Assembly (NCBI GenBank): GCA_965205675.1
Contig: OZ242186.1
Location: 320,001-384,000 of the forward strand
DNA: 64,000 bases
Direction of reading: 5' to 3'
Source: Nitrosopumilus sp.
GTDB lineage: Archaea; Thermoproteota; Nitrososphaeria; Nitrososphaerales; Nitrosopumilaceae
The notes under the pieces are model-generated. The model made no database searches and was not told the DNA's origin. It was given only the letters and a program-made list of their open reading frames with translations. The translations under genes were made by a program, and so were the position numbers. Shown piece by piece: positions 58,945 to 64,000 of the stretch (positions within the stretch are counted from its first letter, which is position 1; every line of letters starts with the position of its first letter).

Positions 58945-60802
58945 TTTCTTTTTCCTCTTTTACATCTTTTTTAGATTCAATTATATTTTCATCTAATATT
59001 TTCTGATAATTAGGTGATTTTTTCTTTCCAGCAAGTTCTGTACAAAATTCAGCAATTAATGGAATGTATTTTGCATAAAGATTTGCCCTCTTTTTTGCCA
59101 TATCAGCTTGTCCTCTTTTTGACATGTATGCTGCTAACTTTCTTGATAAAAATTGCAACCCTAATCTTAATTCTCTCTCAATTTCTTGTCTATCGGCAAC
59201 ATTTTCTTTTCCTGCTGTTTTGTATGGTATTCTAGTAGAGCAAATATGAGATACAATAATGAACGGTGGATCTCCTTTTACCTTATATCTGCCCCAATCA
59301 GTATCATTAACTACTTTTAGAACTACATCACTACCTTCATCATACAATAATGGGATTCTATTAGCATACCTGTAAACATGTGGTCCACCAGATTTGATAT
59401 CGCCACCATAAGCAATCCCCATCTCAATAATGAATGGAAATCCAGAATATGCAGAAGGAGGACGTTGAACAACCGCTGTGAAATCAGGATTAAAGAATTT
59501 CTTGATTCCTTTTTCTAGCGGTTCTTCACCCAAAGGAGCCAAACAACTAGAATCTGGAGTCATAAAGTCATCAAATTTTTGAAGTGAATCACTTAGTTGA
59601 ACCAACTCTTGATTCGTCAGAGTTCCCATTCGTTTTTCAGGCTTGAATTTTGCAAATTCTGCAAACTTTATTGCAGTGGTAGGACCTATACGCTGAAATC
59701 TTTTAGTCAAAAATGTAGTTAATGGCTCTCCTTGAACTGTGTTAGTCAATTGTTTGTAATACTGATTTTCAGGATCCATATCAACTGATTTTGATTGAGA
59801 GTCTCCAAAATCCCAATAGAATAGTTTTTTATTTGGAATATCAAGATCTTCAATTTTTATTTTGTTTAATTTTTCAAAATCCGTTTTAAGAAAAGACATC
59901 AATGCGATTACTACTCTAACTTGACGTGAAAGAGTTTTCCATTTTTTCTTTGCTTTATCCATGATTACTGTAAAACTTAGATTTTGCTTTGATAATCGTA
60001 AATCTTTTCTAACTTTTTCAATCATTGCATCATCGATGATAGGAATTTCAAACTGAGATTCGACAATCATCCTTCTAATACGTTCAACATCAATTCCATG
60101 CGGATGTGGTTTGATTATTGTTGGAGGAGGTGGAATTTCTTTTACAAATCTTACATGTGTAAATTTTTGTCCTTTAGGATCATCAAAAATAATTGACGCA
60201 TACGGAGTAATCAAAGATGTTTCATAAACATAATCACGAATTTTATTACCTGCTTTAGAATAATCACCCTCTAAACAAATACTGACAGATAATCCTTTTT
60301 TTGAAATTTCTTTTGTGGTGTGTTTTACAATTACTGGTTTGTTTTTTTGAATATCCAACAATATTTCAAATTGGTTTTGTATTGCACCATCTGAACAACT
60401 TTTTACAATTACTGGTTTGTTAGTAGTAATCTGCCCATAAAGAATTGCCATCGTAGCTCCTAATCCAAACATTCCTCTTGCTTGTTTTAATCCAAACTTA
60501 GAACCATAAAGAACAGTTCCAAACGCAAGTGGGATATGTTCTGCATCAATTCCAGGTCCGTTGTCTTTTACAGTTAAAATATACGGTTTAGGATCTGGTT
60601 TTTCAGGCTCAACTGCTTTAATTGTAAGATGAACATCAGGAAGAATTCCTTTTTGATCACATGCATCCAATGCGTTTTCAACAAATTCTCTAACTGCTGT
60701 GTAAAGAGATCGTGTAGGATTACTGAATCCAGCTAAATCACGATTACTATAAAAGAACTCACTTGGGGAAATCTGATTAAATTTCTCTTTAATAGAAGAC
60801 AT
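58931..60802 (-). CDS. top6B: DNA topoisomerase VI subunit B
   Basis: SEFFYSN, EFVENALDA, DNGPG, RYANRIPL and AGKENVA motifs. Confidence 0.95.
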   Translation of the reverse strand: MSSIKEKFNQISPSEFFYSNRDLAGFSNPTRSLYTAVREFVENALDACDQKGILPDVHLTIKAVEPEKPDPKPYILTVKDNGPGIDAEHIPLAFGTVLYGSKFGLKQARGMFGLGATMAILYGQITTNKPVIVKSCSDGAIQNQFEILLDIQKNKPVIVKHTTKEISKKGLSVSICLEGDYSKAGNKIRDYVYETSLITPYASIIFDDPKGQKFTHVRFVKEIPPPPTIIKPHPHGIDVERIRRMIVESQFEIPIIDDAMIEKVRKDLRLSKQNLSFTVIMDKAKKKWKTLSRQVRVVIALMSFLKTDFEKLNKIKIEDLDIPNKKLFYWDFGDSQSKSVDMDPENQYYKQLTNTVQGEPLTTFLTKRFQRIGPTTAIKFAEFAKFKPEKRMGTLTNQELVQLSDSLQKFDDFMTPDSSCLAPLGEEPLEKGIKKFFNPDFTAVVQRPPSAYSGFPFIIEMGIAYGGDIKSGGPHVYRYANRIPLLYDEGSDVVLKVVNDTDWGRYKVKGDPPFIIVSHICSTRIPYKTAGKENVADRQEIERELRLGLQFLSRKLAAYMSKRGQADMAKKRANLYAKYIPLIAEFCTELAGKKKSPNYQKILDENIIESKKDVKEEKEIENK

Positions 60803-60803
60803 C

Positions 60804-61361
60804 TTAATCTTCCCACAATTGCATTTTTTCTTGTTTTTCTTTTCTGTTAGCAGCTTCTAATTTTGTATAAACAGCACCATGCATACTTCCACTTGAAATG
60901 GAAGATATTGCATCAACAGCTAAACGTAATTTACTTGAATCACCAATAATTGAAACGGTTTTTCCATAAACTGAGATATGAGTCCCACTAAGATTTTCCA
61001 TATTTCGTCTTGCTCTACCACCTTCTCCAATAATCCTCCCTTTTATCCTTTCAACATTAGCATTAGATTTTCCTGCAAATTCTCGAAGATCTATCACATG
61101 TAATGCATTTTCACCTTTCAGTAATGCCATTGCATTTTCAGGGGAAAATCCCCTACCAATAGCTGTAACAATCTCCATTGCTTTGAATGGCTGAATTTTA
61201 TCAACATTTCCCTGAGTTCTAATAAAAACTTCTCCGGTGTTCCCATCAATCTCTAAAGAAACATAACAGGCCTCTTCAATTTTAGATTTCATATTGCCAG
61301 ATTTTCCAATTAAAACTGCAATTCGATCATTTGGAATACGAATTAATTTCTCAAAGCTCAT
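60804..61361 (-). CDS. KH-domain ribosome biogenesis protein (Dim2/Pno1-like)
   Basis: LIGKSG, AIGRGFSPE and RIKGRIIGEGG motifs. Confidence 0.92.
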   Translation of the reverse strand: MSFEKLIRIPNDRIAVLIGKSGNMKSKIEEACYVSLEIDGNTGEVFIRTQGNVDKIQPFKAMEIVTAIGRGFSPENAMALLKGENALHVIDLREFAGKSNANVERIKGRIIGEGGRARRNMENLSGTHISVYGKTVSIIGDSSKLRLAVDAISSISSGSMHGAVYTKLEAANRKEKQEKMQLWED

Positions 61362-62137
61362 TTTACAATATCCTTAAATATTTTTTCTGAATCTTCAACA
61401 GGAATTCCTCTTTTATTGAAGAATTTTCCGATGTTATTAATATCTCGCTTGAGAAATTCTTGAGCATTTGGATGTCTAAGATCAACACCAGAACCCAAAT
61501 CAAAAATAATTAAACCTTTTTCAGTTTTAAAAATATTATATTCAGAAAAATCACCATGTACTAACTTTGCTTTTTTGTATAGATCTCCCAAAATAGATAT
61601 GGCTTGGTTATAATCACTCTCATCAACTTCTGAAGTAAGTAAGGACTTTGCAGGTGAACCCCCATTACCGATAAATTCCATAGCAAGAACATTATTTGTA
61701 ACATATAGAGGTCTTGGGACTGGAATCCCTGCCTCATAGCATTGAGTCAAATTTCGATGTTCTTTTTTTGCCCACAGATAAATAAGATTTTTTGTTCCTT
61801 TTTTTAGGTGAGAAAATCTTGGATCTCCAAGAATGTAAGGTTCACGTTTTTTAAAATTTGCAGTACTTACCAAATAAATTTTCAAGGCAACATCAACTTC
61901 ATTATCATCAACACTCCAAAAAAGAACAGATTCCTTTCCGGCACTTACTGAACCATTAACATAAGCAATAACATGATCCGTGATCATTTTGTAAAGAGTC
62001 ATAACAGTAGGTTTGTCTAAAACTTCATTGATTACTTTTCCTTTTTTGAATCCATCTTCTAGAGGTGATCGTTTCCGTTTTGATCTTAGTTTATCATCTA
62101 ATTTAGATTCTAATTTTTTGCTAATGATATCAGTCAA
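61358..62137 (-). CDS. rio1: Rio1 serine kinase
   Basis: SAGKES, WAKKEHRNL, LVHGDFSEYN and FLKRDINN motifs. Confidence 0.93.
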   Translation of the reverse strand: MTDIISKKLESKLDDKLRSKRKRSPLEDGFKKGKVINEVLDKPTVMTLYKMITDHVIAYVNGSVSAGKESVLFWSVDDNEVDVALKIYLVSTANFKKREPYILGDPRFSHLKKGTKNLIYLWAKKEHRNLTQCYEAGIPVPRPLYVTNNVLAMEFIGNGGSPAKSLLTSEVDESDYNQAISILGDLYKKAKLVHGDFSEYNIFKTEKGLIIFDLGSGVDLRHPNAQEFLKRDINNIGKFFNKRGIPVEDSEKIFKDIVK

Positions 62138-62219
62138 TAGAAAGGGGTACTTTTACTAGATAAAAGAGATTACTGTTAAAATCTAAAAAATTATAAAATA
62201 AAAATCAAATCAAACAACT

Positions 62220-62516
62220 TTACATGTTAAAAACGATTAAAAAAGGAACATCTGAAATTATTTTCACGGCATTTTTAGAACCAATACCTAAGTTTAGAGA
62301 TAAAGATATTGTTTCTTTACCGACCATGTTAATAATCGAAGAATTTCTCAGTAAAGATTCTGCTTCATCTTTTTCAACAAATCTTTCACCATAATAATTT
62401 TTATTTATATGGATAATTAATTCATCTTTAATAATTTTTCCCCCCAACAGATCAGCATCACAAATATTTAACATAGATTGGTTTTGATAGTTAGTAGAAC
62501 GTATCGAGAATTGCAT
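62220..62516 (-). CDS. DUF424 family protein
   Basis: ICDADLLG...YYGE...INMVG. Confidence 0.85.
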   Translation of the reverse strand: MQFSIRSTNYQNQSMLNICDADLLGGKIIKDELIIHINKNYYGERFVEKDEAESLLRNSSIINMVGKETISLSLNLGIGSKNAVKIISDVPFLIVFNM

Positions 62517-62938
62517 TACGCATATTTACCTTTCAAAGTAGATTTTGCACCACATGCTTCACAAATTAAAAATGAAATTCTATTTTCTTTAAGAATCTTC
62601 GTGTCGGGGCTTTTACATGTAGGACATTCAAGATAATCCTTTACATAAATTTGAAATAATCTTGTAAAATCATCAGGAGCTCTTCTTCCTACAAACATTG
62701 CTTTATCTCCTAATCTTTCAGCTGGAACTGCAAATTCTTTTGAAAGATATTGAAGTACTTTATCGGGATCTCTACGTAGAATTTTTGGAAACTCTGAAAA
62801 ATTTCGCAAAAATGTCTTTTGACCTTCCCACATTACATCAACTACAGGGAGTTCAAACCTAGTTTGTGATTCTTTATCAGTATCACCAAGTTTGTCCTGT
62901 ATACGTTTGAGTAGATTTTCATAATCTGCTTTGGTCAC
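62516..62938 (-). CDS. eif2b: Translation initiation factor aIF2 beta subunit
   Basis: RFELP, NFSEF..ILRRDP, CPTCKSPDT and CEACGA motifs. Confidence 0.93.
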   Translation of the reverse strand: MTKADYENLLKRIQDKLGDTDKESQTRFELPVVDVMWEGQKTFLRNFSEFPKILRRDPDKVLQYLSKEFAVPAERLGDKAMFVGRRAPDDFTRLFQIYVKDYLECPTCKSPDTKILKENRISFLICEACGAKSTLKGKYA

Positions 62939-63053
62939 TAGAAAATAGTGTATGGTAGACCCTATATGGGTTTTAGTCGATTAGTTCAAAACTCATTGTC
63001 AAAACGATCACAATATTCAAAAACTATGCTCTAATTTGAGATTTAAATAATTT

Positions 63054-63465
63054 GAGACTTGGGTATAATGATTTATAAAAATAAAACTAACATATCCTCT
63101 GAGAACAAAACATTCTCTTTACAATCCTTGTATTCCATTATCCCAGTCATGCAGTTGTAATACACTGTCATCTGATATACTAGTACACAAACCAACACAA
63201 ATGATTTTGCATTCTATAATCCTTTTACTTCAGCTGTTTTAATTCCCAATGTATCTTTGAATATCCCAAAGAGAGGTTCAATTGAGATTTTTCTATCAAA
63301 GTATAACTCTTGGTCTATTACAAAACTGTAAAATTCTACAAGTCTATTCTATCTGGTATAGTATGTGGGTATTGTTTTATTGGAGTAATCAATCTCAGAT
63401 TTCTCTTGTTGCTAAAATGATACAATGAACCATCATCACGTGCTGGATCATATAAGATATTATTC
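63054..63465 (-). mobile_element. Diverged 3' fragment of the multi-copy DDE IS
   Basis: TIR GAGACTTGGGTATAAT and NILYDPARDDGSLYHFSNKRNLRLITPIKQYPHT. Confidence 0.8.
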
Positions 63466-63790
63466 ATCAATGCTTGTATATTCCACATCATGATGTAACT
63501 CATCAGATTTTCAAACATACCCATTCTTTTCTGGTTCCTAACACGTTCTCCAATTTTCTTATAAATGACAGACTCTCAAAATGCACACTTTGTTGTTTGT
63601 AGGTTCTATGTTTTCATACAGTAAAAATGTAAACAGATCGTCTTTTGCATTGTTTAGTTTAGCAAGAAATTTTTTTAGCTCTTTTTCGTTTGAATGCTTA
63701 AACACAATCCTCTAAAATATACTTTATGACAAAATTTTATGATCCACTGATCTAACTTGTTTTATCAAGCATTATACTGATCAGAACATT
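63466..63790 (-). mobile_element. IS66-family transposase C-terminal remnant
   Basis: KLNNAKDDLFTFLLYENIEPTNNK / LRESVIYKKIG...FENLMSYIMMW. Confidence 0.7.
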
Positions 63791-63794
63791 ACAT

Positions 63795-64000
63795 ATAGCG
63801 AAAAGATAAAGTTCGTGAACTAAATAATTTCAAAAAACTAGAAATCCGTTGATCTTATACTTCCTAACATAAGTTCGTCAACCATCCTCTCGTTGCATAT
63901 ACTTGAGAATGTCTAAATTGAATCGTCTGGTTCTGTAATATTTGGAGATGTTATTTTTCAGATTACTTAGAGATGGTTGATACTGTGACACCAACAAATT
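63795..64000 (-). mobile_element. IS630-like element right end (continues beyond the window)
   Basis: NLLVSQYQPSLSNLKNNISKYYRTRRFNLDILKYM followed by the terminus TATAGCG shared with MITE B. Confidence 0.7.

Overview
AT-rich chromosomal segment from an ammonia-oxidizing archaeon of the Nitrosopumilaceae (Nitrososphaerota). The assignment rests on type IB topoisomerase plus topoisomerase VI A/B, RadA, proteasome alpha, Nop5-fibrillarin, Rpo4, eL21, eS30, aIF2-beta, a GDGT ring synthase-like radical SAM enzyme and an intron-containing tRNA-Met. The housekeeping backbone is interrupted by many decayed insertion sequences (IS1595-, IS630-, IS5-, ISH3- and IS66-like) and two MITE families whose parent elements also occur in the window. 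Three pseudogenes missing from or fragmented in the ORF track are recognisable: a P-II nitrogen regulator, an N4/N6 DNA methyltransferase and an integrase N-terminus. Two orphan LivJ-type binding proteins and the heavy IS decay suggest, by inference only, a host-associated lineage in early genome erosion. The most unusual signal is DNA-perfect tandem repeats in the charged tails of three information-processing proteins: RadA, Nop5 and a TFE-beta-like factor with a histone H1-like tail. No CRISPR array, rRNA or complete novel multi-gene system was found. All family calls are motif recognition by eye, not database results.
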